Notes: generated by a model from the sequence alone, not told the origin. A DNA stretch of 64,000 nucleotides from an uncultured Gaiellaceae bacterium (GCA_963763465.1 CAVXOS010000004.1:33879-97878), one strand, 5' to 3'. Positions 44,207-55,964 are shown, numbered from the stretch's first letter. Numbers and translations are program-made.

Positions 44207-45298
44207 ATGCAGCGAGCTCGACTCGTCCTGGCCCTCCTCTTCGCCGGCGCGTTGCTGATCGTGCCGACGGCGCAGAGCGCCTCCTCCGACATGGTCGTCA
44301 GCCAGGTGTACGCGGGCGGCGGCAACAGCGGCGCGACGTATGCGAACGACTTCGTCGAGTTGTTCAATCGCGGCGCGTCCGCGATCGACGTCGGCACCTG
44401 GTCGATCCAGTACGCCTCCGCGGCCGGTACGACGTGGCAGGTCACGCCCCTCGTCGGTTCCGTCCAGCCAGGCAAGTTCTTCCTCGTCCAGCTCGCCTCG
44501 GCGGCCGCGATCGGCACTGCACTGCCGACACCCGATGCGACCGGCACGACGAACCTCGCCAACTCCGGGGGCAAGATCGCCCTCGTGCGAAGCGCGACCG
44601 CCTTGACCTGTGGGGCGACGGCCGGGAGCTGCTCCGCGGACGCCAGCGTCGCAGACCTGATCGGCTACGGGTCCGCGAGCGATTTCGAGGGCTCCGGCGC
44701 CGCGACCGGCCTCGGCAACACGACCGCGGCTCTACGGGCCGACGGCGGCTGCACGGACACGGACGCGAACGCGACCGACTTCGCGGGTGCAGCCCCGACC
44801 CCGCGCAACTCCGCGACCGCTGCGGCACCGTGCGTGGGTGGTCCTCCGCCCGGCGAGACCGCGTCCGGCAGCGCGGGCGTGGACATCGACATTCAGGGCG
44901 TCTTGTCCATCGCGCTCGAGAAGCAGAACATCAGCTTCGGCAACGCGCAGTCCGGCGAGAGCCCGGCGGCCGTCTCGGAGCGCGTCACGGTCTCGAGCAA
45001 CAACGCGGCCGGCTACGCGCTCACGGTTCACCGCTCGGCCTTCCAGCCCGCCGACCTCCCGCTCGGCATGACCGCGTCCGCACCGAGCGGCGGTCAGATC
45101 GGCGCACTGCTCGCGGGAGGAGCGAAAGCCGCCATCCCGATCGCTCCTGCGCCCGATCTGCTGATCGGAACCACCTCGTCCCGCAGTGATGTAGGCGGCG
45201 ATGCCTGGCCGACGAACGTCAGCTTCCTCTCGGCGCTGCCCGTGGTCCCGCCGGGAAGGTACACGGCCACGGTCACGTACACGGTCATCGGACGATGA
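44207..45298 (+). CDS. secreted lamin-tail-domain (LTD) protein with WxL-like C-terminal domain
   Basis: ATG at 44207 with GGAG RBS in ORF 44090..45298. Signal peptide. LTD signature VVSQVYAGGGNSGATYANDFVELFNRG...WSIQYASAAG...GKFFLVQ...GGKIALV. The C-terminal roughly 150 aa end in GRYTATVTYTVIGR. Confidence 0.7.
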   Translation: MQRARLVLALLFAGALLIVPTAQSASSDMVVSQVYAGGGNSGATYANDFVELFNRGASAIDVGTWSIQYASAAGTTWQVTPLVGSVQPGKFFLVQLASAAAIGTALPTPDATGTTNLANSGGKIALVRSATALTCGATAGSCSADASVADLIGYGSASDFEGSGAATGLGNTTAALRADGGCTDTDANATDFAGAAPTPRNSATAAAPCVGGPPPGETASGSAGVDIDIQGVLSIALEKQNISFGNAQSGESPAAVSERVTVSSNNAAGYALTVHRSAFQPADLPLGMTASAPSGGQIGALLAGGAKAAIPIAPAPDLLIGTTSSRSDVGGDAWPTNVSFLSALPVVPPGRYTATVTYTVIGR

Positions 45299-46086
45299 TC
45301 GCCGGCGTTGCCCGCATCGCCGCGCTGGCCCCCGTCCTGCTCGCGCTCGCGTCCGCTTCGGCGGGCGCGAGCGGGGCACGACCGCCCGTCGCGCTCACCG
45401 CGTCGCCCGCACATCTCGAGCTCACCGGTGCGGCTCGGGCGACGGTACGTATCACGAACTCCGGCACGAATCCGGTCGTCCTCGACGTCCGTCGCGCGGG
45501 CTTCGCGCTCGATCCGCGAGGCCGCCCCAAGATCGTCGGCCAGCACGACGCTCGCCGTACGGCAGCGAGCTGGCTCGGCTTCCGCCCTCGAAGCCTGGCG
45601 CTGAGGCCCGGCTCGACCGGTGCCGTCACGATCACGTCGAGAGTCCCGGTGCACGCCGAGCCGGGTGACCACGATGCTCTCGTCCTCTTCACCTCGCGCC
45701 GGCGAGTGAGGGACGGCCTCGCGGTGCGTGTGCGGATGGGCGTGGTCGTCGTGGTTCGGGCACCCGGCACGGTCGTGCGGCGTCTCGAGCTTCGCGGGCT
45801 GCGTGTCACTCGGGCCGGGCACACCCGCGTGTTGGAGGTCGGCGTGACGAATCGCGGCAACGTGACCGAGTCGATTTCGAGAGCACGTTCGACGTTGTCC
45901 CTGTACCGCGACGGGAGGCGTATCGCGAAGCTTCGCGCCGAGCCGCGAGCGCTGCGCCCGCGCACGCATGGAATCGTCCAGTTCCTCTACCGCGGCGCTC
46001 AGCGAGGTGCGGTCATCGCTCGAGTGGATGTCACGCCCGACTCGTCCGAGCGTGCCCTGCGGCGGGCGTTCCGGGCTCGTCTGTGA
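45295..46086 (+). CDS. secreted Ig-like two-domain protein (DUF916/PapD-like by eye), coupled to the LTD gene
   Basis: 263-aa ORF. Its ATG overlaps the upstream stop (ATGA). It has a signal peptide, and repeated beta-strand-rich modules (VRITNSGTNPVVLDV; LEVGVTNRGNVTE) suggest tandem beta-sandwich domains. Confidence 0.55.
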   Translation: MIAGVARIAALAPVLLALASASAGASGARPPVALTASPAHLELTGAARATVRITNSGTNPVVLDVRRAGFALDPRGRPKIVGQHDARRTAASWLGFRPRSLALRPGSTGAVTITSRVPVHAEPGDHDALVLFTSRRRVRDGLAVRVRMGVVVVVRAPGTVVRRLELRGLRVTRAGHTRVLEVGVTNRGNVTESISRARSTLSLYRDGRRIAKLRAEPRALRPRTHGIVQFLYRGAQRGAVIARVDVTPDSSERALRRAFRARL

Positions 46087-46110
46087 GCCGGAAGCCTTCG
46101 TACCGTCGTT

Positions 46111-46731
46111 CTACGGGATCGCCCGCCGAGTCTCGTCCTTCGACGCGATGCTCACCTCGAGATCGCGCAGCAGCCCGTCCTCGAGCCCGTAGACGATCCC
46201 GTGCACCGTGAGATCCTGGCCCCGCGCCCAGGCATCCTCGACGACCGTCGTGTGCCCGACGTTGACGACCTGCTCGGTGACGTTCAGCTCGCACATCCGA
46301 TCGAATCTGCGTTCGTCGGGAAGCGCTGCGAGCTCGGCGGCGTGCTTCTCGGCCACGTCCATGACGTGCCGGAGCCAGTTGTCGACGAGGCCGTGCCGCG
46401 AGCCGTCGAGCGCCGCGCGCACTCCGCCGCAACCGTAGTGACCGCAGACGATGACGTGCTTCACGCCGAGGATGTCGACGGCGTACTGCAGGACGGACAG
46501 GCAGTTGAGGTCCGTGTGCACGACGATGTTCGCGACGTTGCGGTGAACGAACACCTCGCCCGGTGCCAGCCCGACGATCTGATTCGCGGGGACGCGGCTG
46601 TCGGAGCAGCCGATCCAGAGGTACCCGGGCGTCTGGCGCTCCGCGAGCCCGGTGAAGAAGTCAGGATCGCCGGCGACCATCTCCGCCGCCCAGGCGCGGT
46701 TGCGTTCGAACAGCTCCGTCAGCTCTGCCAC
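46111..46731 (-). CDS. can: beta-class carbonic anhydrase
   Basis: 206-aa ORF. The zinc ligands CSDSRV and HYGCGG are the beta-CA signature. Confidence 0.9.
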   Translation of the reverse strand: MAELTELFERNRAWAAEMVAGDPDFFTGLAERQTPGYLWIGCSDSRVPANQIVGLAPGEVFVHRNVANIVVHTDLNCLSVLQYAVDILGVKHVIVCGHYGCGGVRAALDGSRHGLVDNWLRHVMDVAEKHAAELAALPDERRFDRMCELNVTEQVVNVGHTTVVEDAWARGQDLTVHGIVYGLEDGLLRDLEVSIASKDETRRAIP

Positions 46732-46889
46732 GTCCGGACGCTACCCGGCAGACCGGAAGCGCGAGAACCGCGTCCCGAGACGGTCGGGGTCCGGCCGCCA
46801 TACCTGGAGCACGTCGAGCGCCGCGAAGCAGGAGCTCCGAACATCGTCGTCGCGCATCAGTCGATTCTCCGGCCCGGTACCGCAAATGA

Positions 46890-46917
46890 CAAGCGCCCCG
46901 CGATTACGGGGCGCTTG
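46890..46917 (-). terminator. intrinsic terminator-like hairpin after nrdJ
   Basis: An 11-bp stem CAAGCGCCCCG / CGGGGCGCTTG with a 6-nt loop lies 19 nt downstream of the nrdJ stop and is followed by TCATTTG on the minus strand. Confidence 0.6.
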
Positions 46918-46935
46918 GCTGGCTCTCTGTGCAGG

Positions 46936-49713
<2,778 letters not shown>

Positions 49714-49907
49714 CATTTCCTCCCGGACCGAGTTCGACAATACGTCTTCCCGCCCGGGTGAGCGACGTTCGTCATGCGAGCGGGCAGGGGATGGTAGGTC
49801 GCGGGCCGGACGGTACGTCGCGACGAAAAAATCCCTGCAAATAAGGCTAAACGGACCAGACGGACATTCTACCCGGTACCGCCTTGCCGCCGTCGGTCAG
49901 CGAGCCC

Positions 49908-50504
49908 TCAGACGAGGGTATCGTCGCCGCCCAGGTCGCCGGCGTGCGCGGCCTGGCGGCGCCTCGAGACGTACCCGAGGCCGCCTGCGGCCAGGAGTGC
50001 GAGCGAGAGCCCGCCGAGCACGAGGAGCGGAACCGGAACGGACGAGGGCCCGGACGTATCGATCGCGGGAGCCACCTCGCCTCCGCCCCCGTCCGATCCA
50101 CCCTTCCCGTTCCCGCCGTTCCCGCCGTTCCCGTCGCCACCCTTCCCGTCGCCGCCGTTCCCGCCGCCACCGCCGCCCTTGCAGTCGTCCGCCGATCCGT
50201 CGGCGGTGGGATCGCAGCCACCCGGGTCGAGCTCGCTGCTCAGCGCGCTCTGGAGCGCGCGGGTGATGACATCCTCGGCGTCGACGTACGGCCCGATGTC
50301 GTCCGGGATGGCGTCGATCGCCTCCTCGTAGCAGTTGAGCGGGTAGAGCCTGTCGATGCGCCCGTCGTCGTACCAGTCGGCGAGCACCTTCTGTCCGCAC
50401 TTCGTCCCCGCACCGGCGGCACTGGCGAACGAGAGCGACACCACTGCGCCCAGAACGAGCACGAGCGCCACGAGGAACGTGCGGAGTGAGCGGGTGGTTG
50501 TCAC
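49908..50504 (-). CDS. secreted protein with Gly/Asn/Asp-rich repeat linker and C-terminal TM anchor
   Basis: 198-aa ORF with a signal peptide, a Cys-containing N-domain, the low-complexity segment KGGGGGGNGGDGKGGDGNGGNGGNGKGGSDGGGGE, then the hydrophobic helix VPLLVLGGLSLALLAAGGLGYV followed by RRRQ. Confidence 0.6.
   Translation of the reverse strand: MTTTRSLRTFLVALVLVLGAVVSLSFASAAGAGTKCGQKVLADWYDDGRIDRLYPLNCYEEAIDAIPDDIGPYVDAEDVITRALQSALSSELDPGGCDPTADGSADDCKGGGGGGNGGDGKGGDGNGGNGGNGKGGSDGGGGEVAPAIDTSGPSSVPVPLLVLGGLSLALLAAGGLGYVSRRRQAAHAGDLGGDDTLV
50078..50180. repeat. imperfect short tandem repeats (CCGTTCCCG / CCCTTCCCGTCGCC units) encoding the Gly-rich linker
   Basis: Directly visible repetition in 50078-50180. 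Confidence 0.6.
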
Positions 50505-50757
50505 GAATGAGTTCTCACGGGGAAAGACCGGAGACCCGGCCGAGCGGAGTCTCCCGGTGCGCGGTGAGCCGGTGGTGTGGGGAGAGTAAACGAATTGTTA
50601 GACGGAGAGACCGCATCCCCTGCCTTGTTGGCGCAGATCGGCATCCGCTCGCGCGGACACCGATCGCGCAAGATCCCTGAAGCGGCCGCTGGCGCGGCCG
50701 GTGCTGTGGCAGGCATCGCATGTTGAGAAACGGAACACGCTGCTAGCGTGGCCCGCC

Positions 50758-52719
50758 ATGGACTCGGCGTCCGAGCCGCCCGAGCGCGCGTCCGGGACTG
50801 GCGCCGGCGTTCTCGCCGCCCTCGTCGGCGCGGTGCTGCTCGGCGCGATGTTCGCGGGCGACGGATCCGGCGTCGGTGGGACGCTGCCGGTCGGCGGGGC
50901 CGCGCTCCTCCTGCTCGTCGGGGCGCTCGTCACCGTCGCGTTCGGGCGGCTGCCCGCGCCTCGCACGGGTCGGTCGGGAGCGGTGCTCGTCTGGTCGCTC
51001 GTCCTGCTGGTGGCGTGGACGGGCATGACCGTCTGGTGGTCGATCGTCGGCGATCGCAGCTGGGACGCGTTCAACAAGGGCGCCGCGTACGCCGTGTTGC
51101 TCGGGCTCGGGCTCGTGCTCGCGGCGGCGGGCCGTGCGCAGGCGGCCCGGCTGGCGGGGGCGATGCTCTCCATCGTCCTCGGTACGACGCTGGTGTGGGC
51201 GCTCGTCACGAAGGCGGTGCCGGCGCTCGCCCGGGATGAGCGTGTCGCGCGCCTCAACGAGCCGGTCGACCACTGGAACGCGCTCGCTCTGCTCGCGGAC
51301 ATCGCGATCGTGCTGGGCCTCTGGCTCGGCACGGAGCGCGCGCATCGGCGCGCTGTTCGCGTCGGGGGCGCGCTCCTCGTGTACGCGGCGACGCTCGCGC
51401 TCATGCTCACGCTCTCGCGCGCCGGAGTCGTCGTCGGCGTCGGTGTGCTCGCGCTCTGGGTGTTCCTCTCGACGGAGCGCGTGCAGAGCGGCCTCCTGCT
51501 CGTCGCCTCCGCGGGGCCGGCGCTTGCGATCGCGGGCTGGGCCTTCACGCGCGCGGGCCTGTCGGAGGATCTCGCGTCCCTGTCGGATCGCGAGGCAGAC
51601 GGTGCCGTGTTCGGCGTTCTCGCACTCGTCGGCGCGGGCGTCGTGGTCGCGCTGGTCGCGATCGGCCTACGACGTTCGCTCGGCGAGGAAGCGCGGCGAC
51701 GCCTCGGCCGCGCTCTCGCGATCGCAGCGGTGATCCTCGCTCTCGCCGCCGGGGCGGCTGCTTCGGTCGCCGCAGCCGACGCCGTTTCCTCCGGACGCGA
51801 CTGCTCCGCGGTCGTGAACGACCCGAGTCGCCTCGGCTCGCTCGACGTCTCGAACCGTCTGTGCTGGTGGGGCGAGGCGTGGGACGTGTTCGTCCAGCAC
51901 GCGCCGGAGGGCGCCGGCGCGGGGACGTTCGAGATCGCGCGCAAGCGCTTCCGGCCGAACGCGGGAACGGTCCTCCAGCCGCACAGCGTCCCGCTGCAGC
52001 AACTCGCCGACGGAGGAGTGGTCGCGCTCGGGTTGTTCGTTGCGCTGATCCTGGGCGGGGGCGCCGTGTGCGTCTGCGCGCTGCGGCGGCTCGGCGGTCC
52101 CGAGCGTGCCGCCGCGGCAGCGCTCGTCGCGGCGCCGGCCGCGTACCTCGGCCATGCGCTCGTCGACTACGACTGGGACTTCCTGGCGGTCACGGCGCCC
52201 GTGATGGTCGCGCTCGGCGTGCTCGCCGCCGCGGGCCGCGAGCCGGTGGCCGTCCGGCGACGACCGATCCTGGGAATCGGGATCGCGTTGCTGGCGGTGG
52301 CCGTCCTCGTGTCGTTCTCGTTCCCGCGGCTTGCGGATCGCGCCGAGCGCCGCTCGACCCGCGCCCTCGTCGCCGGCGACCTCGACCGGGCGCTCGACGA
52401 GGCACGCTGGGCGCGCCGCTTCAACCCGGTCTCGGCCGACCCGCTCTTCGCACAGGCCCGCGTCGCCGAGCGTCGGCGCGACCCGTTGCGAGCGGAGCGG
52501 GCGTACATCCGCGCGGTCGAGCTGCAACCCGACAACCCGCTCACGTGGTACACGCTCGGCATCTTCGAGTTCGACGTGCGCCAGAACCTCTGCGCGGCGT
52601 ACCGCTTCCTCAACAACTCGTACACGCTCGATCCTGCGGGGAACCAGTGGCAACCGGGCGGCCCGCTCGACGTCGCCCGCGACGCGGTCAACGAGGGCGG
52701 CTGCGCGCCAGGCTCCTAG
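50758..52719 (+). CDS. O-antigen ligase-like (Wzy_C) polytopic membrane protein with C-terminal TPR-like domain
   Basis: ATG at 50758 in ORF 50701..52719. More than 10 TM segments, a Wzy_C-like loop (LTLSRAGVVVGVGVLAL) and a C-terminal soluble helical repeat (RAERAYIRAVELQPDNPLTWYTLGIFEF). Confidence 0.7.
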   Translation: MDSASEPPERASGTGAGVLAALVGAVLLGAMFAGDGSGVGGTLPVGGAALLLLVGALVTVAFGRLPAPRTGRSGAVLVWSLVLLVAWTGMTVWWSIVGDRSWDAFNKGAAYAVLLGLGLVLAAAGRAQAARLAGAMLSIVLGTTLVWALVTKAVPALARDERVARLNEPVDHWNALALLADIAIVLGLWLGTERAHRRAVRVGGALLVYAATLALMLTLSRAGVVVGVGVLALWVFLSTERVQSGLLLVASAGPALAIAGWAFTRAGLSEDLASLSDREADGAVFGVLALVGAGVVVALVAIGLRRSLGEEARRRLGRALAIAAVILALAAGAAASVAAADAVSSGRDCSAVVNDPSRLGSLDVSNRLCWWGEAWDVFVQHAPEGAGAGTFEIARKRFRPNAGTVLQPHSVPLQQLADGGVVALGLFVALILGGGAVCVCALRRLGGPERAAAAALVAAPAAYLGHALVDYDWDFLAVTAPVMVALGVLAAAGREPVAVRRRPILGIGIALLAVAVLVSFSFPRLADRAERRSTRALVAGDLDRALDEARWARRFNPVSADPLFAQARVAERRRDPLRAERAYIRAVELQPDNPLTWYTLGIFEFDVRQNLCAAYRFLNNSYTLDPAGNQWQPGGPLDVARDAVNEGGCAPGS

Positions 52720-53234
52720 GGACCGAGAATGAAGACCAGCTGCGCGCCGCCGAGATCCTTGCCGCGCATGCCGTCGAGCGGTGTGACGAGCTTCACGCCG
52801 AGGTCCCTGCCGAGCCGCCTGCCCTCACCGGCGAAGCCGGGCCTGTACATCACGATGCTGCGGGGGACGAGCTCCGGGGCATTCGTGACGGTGCCGATCC
52901 TGTAGCCGCGCGAATGCACGCGCGACGCCGCTGCGGCGGCGGCGCCGGTGCGGCCGTTCCCGTTCAGGACGAGGACCACGGTCTTCGAGCGCGCGCGCCT
53001 GGCGACGGGGGTCGGCGCGGGCTTGCGCGCGACGCTCCGGTGCGCCTGCTGCACGGGCGCGAGCGCGTGCTTCTCCGCTGCGAGCTGAACGCGGTCGGAG
53101 GCCCAGCCGACGAGCTTGCCGCCTCCGATGAGGAGAAGGAGGAGGAGCTCGACCGCGGCGACGGCCACGGCGACGTAGGCGGCGGTGCGCCAGGGACGGA
53201 CGAGCGCGTCTGGAGCAGAGAGCGGATGATCCAC
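52716..53234 (-). CDS. LytR_C (LytR cell-envelope-related C-terminal) domain protein
   Basis: GTG at 53234 in ORF 52716..54248. One TM segment followed by VVLVLNGNGRTGAAAAAASRVHSRGYRIGTVTNA, typical of LytR_C. Confidence 0.7.
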   Translation of the reverse strand: MDHPLSAPDALVRPWRTAAYVAVAVAAVELLLLLLIGGGKLVGWASDRVQLAAEKHALAPVQQAHRSVARKPAPTPVARRARSKTVVLVLNGNGRTGAAAAAASRVHSRGYRIGTVTNAPELVPRSIVMYRPGFAGEGRRLGRDLGVKLVTPLDGMRGKDLGGAQLVFILGP

Positions 53235-53260
53235 GGGCGAACGTTTCGCCCGCCGCCGGC

Positions 53261-54175
53261 TCAGTCCTTCTCGGTGCCTCGAATCCAGTCCCAGGTGGCG
53301 CGCAGGCCGTCCTCGAGCTCCACCATCGCGCTGAACCCGAGCTCGTGCGCGGCGCGCTCGGGATCGAGGAAGCTGCGCTGGAGCTCGCCCAGACGCGCGG
53401 GCGCATGCTCGGCGGGCGTGCCCGCGCCGGCGACCTTGGCGCACAGCTCGTAGAGCTCGACGACCGACGTCTCGCGTCCGGTCCCGACGTTGAAGACGCC
53501 GCTGTCCTGCCCGAGCGTCGACGTGGTCGCCCGCGCCACGTCGCCGACGTAGACGTAGTCGCGCGTCTGCTGGCCGTCGCCGAAGATCTTCGCCTGCTCG
53601 CCGCGAGCGAGCGCACCGAGAAAGATCGCGACGACGCCCGCCTCGCCGTGCGGATCCTGACGCGGCCCGTAGACGTTTCCGTACCGCAGCGCGATGTGCC
53701 TCGTCCCGTACAGACGGTTGTAGGAGCGGATGTACTCCTCGCCGGCGAGCTTCGCCGTGCCGTAGGGCGAGAGCGGCTCGCACGGCGAGTCCTCGCGCGC
53801 AGGCTCGACGCATTCGCCGTAGATGGCGCCGCCGGTCGACGAGAACACGACCTGCGCGCCGTGGCGACGAGCAGCCTCCAGGATGCGAATCGTGCCCAGC
53901 ACGTTCACCTCGGCGTCCTCGACCGGGTGCTCCACCGAGACGCGCACATCGGCCTGCGCCGCCAGGTGGAACACGGCCTCGGGCCGAACCGCATCGAAGA
54001 GGTCGTCGAGCGGATCTCGGATATCGCGCACGTGGAGCTCCGCGCCGGACGGCACGTTCTCCGCCTTGCCGCGCACGAGCGAATCGATCACGGCGACCTC
54101 GTCGCCGCGCGCCACCAGCGCGTCGACGACGTGCGAGCCGATGAATCCCGCGCCTCCGGTGACGATTGCCCGCAT
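53261..54175 (-). CDS. NAD-dependent epimerase/dehydratase (UDP-glucose 4-epimerase-like SDR)
   Basis: 304-aa ORF with TGGAGFIGSH and the YGTAK catalytic motif. Confidence 0.9.
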   Translation of the reverse strand: MRAIVTGGAGFIGSHVVDALVARGDEVAVIDSLVRGKAENVPSGAELHVRDIRDPLDDLFDAVRPEAVFHLAAQADVRVSVEHPVEDAEVNVLGTIRILEAARRHGAQVVFSSTGGAIYGECVEPAREDSPCEPLSPYGTAKLAGEEYIRSYNRLYGTRHIALRYGNVYGPRQDPHGEAGVVAIFLGALARGEQAKIFGDGQQTRDYVYVGDVARATTSTLGQDSGVFNVGTGRETSVVELYELCAKVAGAGTPAEHAPARLGELQRSFLDPERAAHELGFSAMVELEDGLRATWDWIRGTEKD

Positions 54176-54201
54176 GATCGGATCCTACGGACGACCGTAG
54201 G

Positions 54202-54807
54202 ATGGAGCCGATGTTCATCTCCTTCGAGGGGCTCGACGGATCGGGCAAGTCGACGCAGGCGGAGCTGCTGCGCTCACGGCTCGAGGCCGACGGGCTGGAG
54301 GTGATCGCGACGCGCGAGCCGGGGGGAACGGAGCTCGGTGAGAAGATCCGCGACCTCGTCCTGCACGGAGGCGACGTGACCCCGTGGGCGGAGGCGCTGC
54401 TCTACGCGGCAGCCCGTGCGCAGCACGTCGATGCCGTGATCCGCCCGGCGCTCGAGCGCGGCGCATCCGTCATCTGCGACCGCTACCTCGACTCGTCCGT
54501 GGCGTACCAGGGCGTGGGGCGCGAGCTCGGCCTCGACCGCGTCCTCGACCTGAATCTCGCTGCGGTCGGCGGTCTGCTGCCGGACCGCACGTTCCTGCTC
54601 GCGCTCGACGCCGCCGAGATCGGCAGCCGCCTCGATCGCGAGCACGACCGGCTCGAGCGCGAGTCGGCGGACTTCCACGCGCGCGCCGCGACCGGCTACC
54701 GTGAGCTGGCCGCGATGTTCCCGGAGCGGATCGTCGTTCTCGATGCGACGCGGCCCGCCGGCGACCTCGCCGAGGAGGTGTATGGAGCCCTTCGCGTCCG
54801 TACCTGA
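54202..54807 (+). CDS. tmk: dTMP kinase
   Basis: 201-aa ORF. FISFEGLDGSGKSTQ P-loop and DRYLDSSVAYQG. An alternative ATG lies at 54211. Confidence 0.9.
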   Translation: MEPMFISFEGLDGSGKSTQAELLRSRLEADGLEVIATREPGGTELGEKIRDLVLHGGDVTPWAEALLYAAARAQHVDAVIRPALERGASVICDRYLDSSVAYQGVGRELGLDRVLDLNLAAVGGLLPDRTFLLALDAAEIGSRLDREHDRLERESADFHARAATGYRELAAMFPERIVVLDATRPAGDLAEEVYGALRVRT

Positions 54808-55867
54808 GCAGCCCGAGGCGAAGCGGCTCCTGGCCGCCGCGCTCGAGAGCGGCGTGTCGCACGCCTACCTCCTGCACGGCCCCGCGGGAGTCGGCAAGCG
54901 GACGGCCGCCTTCTCCTTCGCCGCGGCGTTGCTGGGAGACGCTCGCCGCGTGGAGTCCCGCTCGCATCCCGACCTGTACGTGCTCCGGCCGCTCGGCGAG
55001 ATGATCCGCATCGACGACATCCGCGCGCTCCGCCACGACCTGCACATGCGGCCGTTCGAGGCCGATCGCCGCGTCTACGTGATCCTCGACGCCGATCGCA
55101 TGAACGAGGACGCCGCCGACGCGCTGCTCAAGGACCTCGAGGAGCCGCCTGCGTATGCGGTCATCGTCCTCGTCGCCGGTGAGCTCGGGCCGCTTCCGCC
55201 GACAATCCTGTCGCGGTGCCAGCTCATCCCCTTTCGCAGGCTTTCGGAGAGCGCCGTGCGCGAGTGGATTGCGGCGCAGGCGCCCGAGCGAAGCGCCGAC
55301 GAGGTGCGCGTTCTCGCTCGCGCGTCGTCCGGCCGGCTCGATCGCGCGCGCCGGTTGCTCGATCCAGAGGCAGCCGCGCGACGCGACGAACTCATCGCGA
55401 CCGCACGCTCCGTGTACTCGCCCGGCTTCGACCCCGCCGATGCCGTGAGCGTGCTCCTCGGCGCCGCGTCCGCGAGGGGAGAGGAGGCGCGGGAGCGCGA
55501 GCAGGGAGTCGTCGACACCCTGGATCTCCCGGCCCGCGATGCCGAGCAGCGCGTGCGGCGCGCGCAGCGCGGCGCGGAGCGGGACGAGGTCCTCGCCGAG
55601 CTCGAGGGGCTCGAGGCGTGGTACCGCGATCTCGTCGTCGTCGCGTCCGAAGCGGAGGGAGCGGTCGTGCACGCAGACCGTCTGGACGATCTGCGGGAAG
55701 ACGTCGCCGCGGGCGCCTCGGAGGGCGCTGTCGAGGCGGCCGAGACGGTGCGCGAGACGTGGCGGGCGCTCGAGGAGTTCAACCTCAATCCGTCGCTCGC
55801 GCTGGAGTCGCTCTTCGTTCGCTCGCGCCGCGCGCTCGCGGGCGCGGCGCATGCTTCTCACGCCTGA
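54782..55867 (+). CDS. holB: DNA polymerase III subunit delta'
   Basis: ATG at 54782 in ORF 54701..55867. HAYLLHGPAGVGKRT, the NALLKxLEEPP-like ADALLKDLEEPP and SRCQ motifs. Follows tmk, as is common. Confidence 0.85.
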   Translation: MEPFASVPEQPEAKRLLAAALESGVSHAYLLHGPAGVGKRTAAFSFAAALLGDARRVESRSHPDLYVLRPLGEMIRIDDIRALRHDLHMRPFEADRRVYVILDADRMNEDAADALLKDLEEPPAYAVIVLVAGELGPLPPTILSRCQLIPFRRLSESAVREWIAAQAPERSADEVRVLARASSGRLDRARRLLDPEAAARRDELIATARSVYSPGFDPADAVSVLLGAASARGEEAREREQGVVDTLDLPARDAEQRVRRAQRGAERDEVLAELEGLEAWYRDLVVVASEAEGAVVHADRLDDLREDVAAGASEGAVEAAETVRETWRALEEFNLNPSLALESLFVRSRRALAGAAHASHA

Positions 55868-55891
55868 CGCTGGCTAGACTCATCCGTCTTC

Positions 55892-55964
55892 GCCGACGTA
55901 GCTCAGCTGGTAGAGCACTTCACTCGTAATGAAGGGGTCCCCGGTTCGAGTCCGGGCGTCGGCT
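55892..55964 (+). tRNA. tRNA-Thr (anticodon CGU)
   Basis: Hand-folded canonical 73-nt cloverleaf: GCCGACG|TA|GCTC-AGCTGGTA-GAGC|A|CTTCA-CTCGTAA-TGAAG|GGGTC|CCCGG-TTCGAGT-CCGGG|CGTCGGC|T. No CCA is encoded. Confidence 0.9.

Noticed and set aside
49714-49907. Cobalamin riboswitch or NrdR boxes upstream of nrdJ
   Set aside because: I could find neither a B12-box-like element nor paired 16-bp AT-rich palindromes by eye. I left this as an open question rather than calling a feature.
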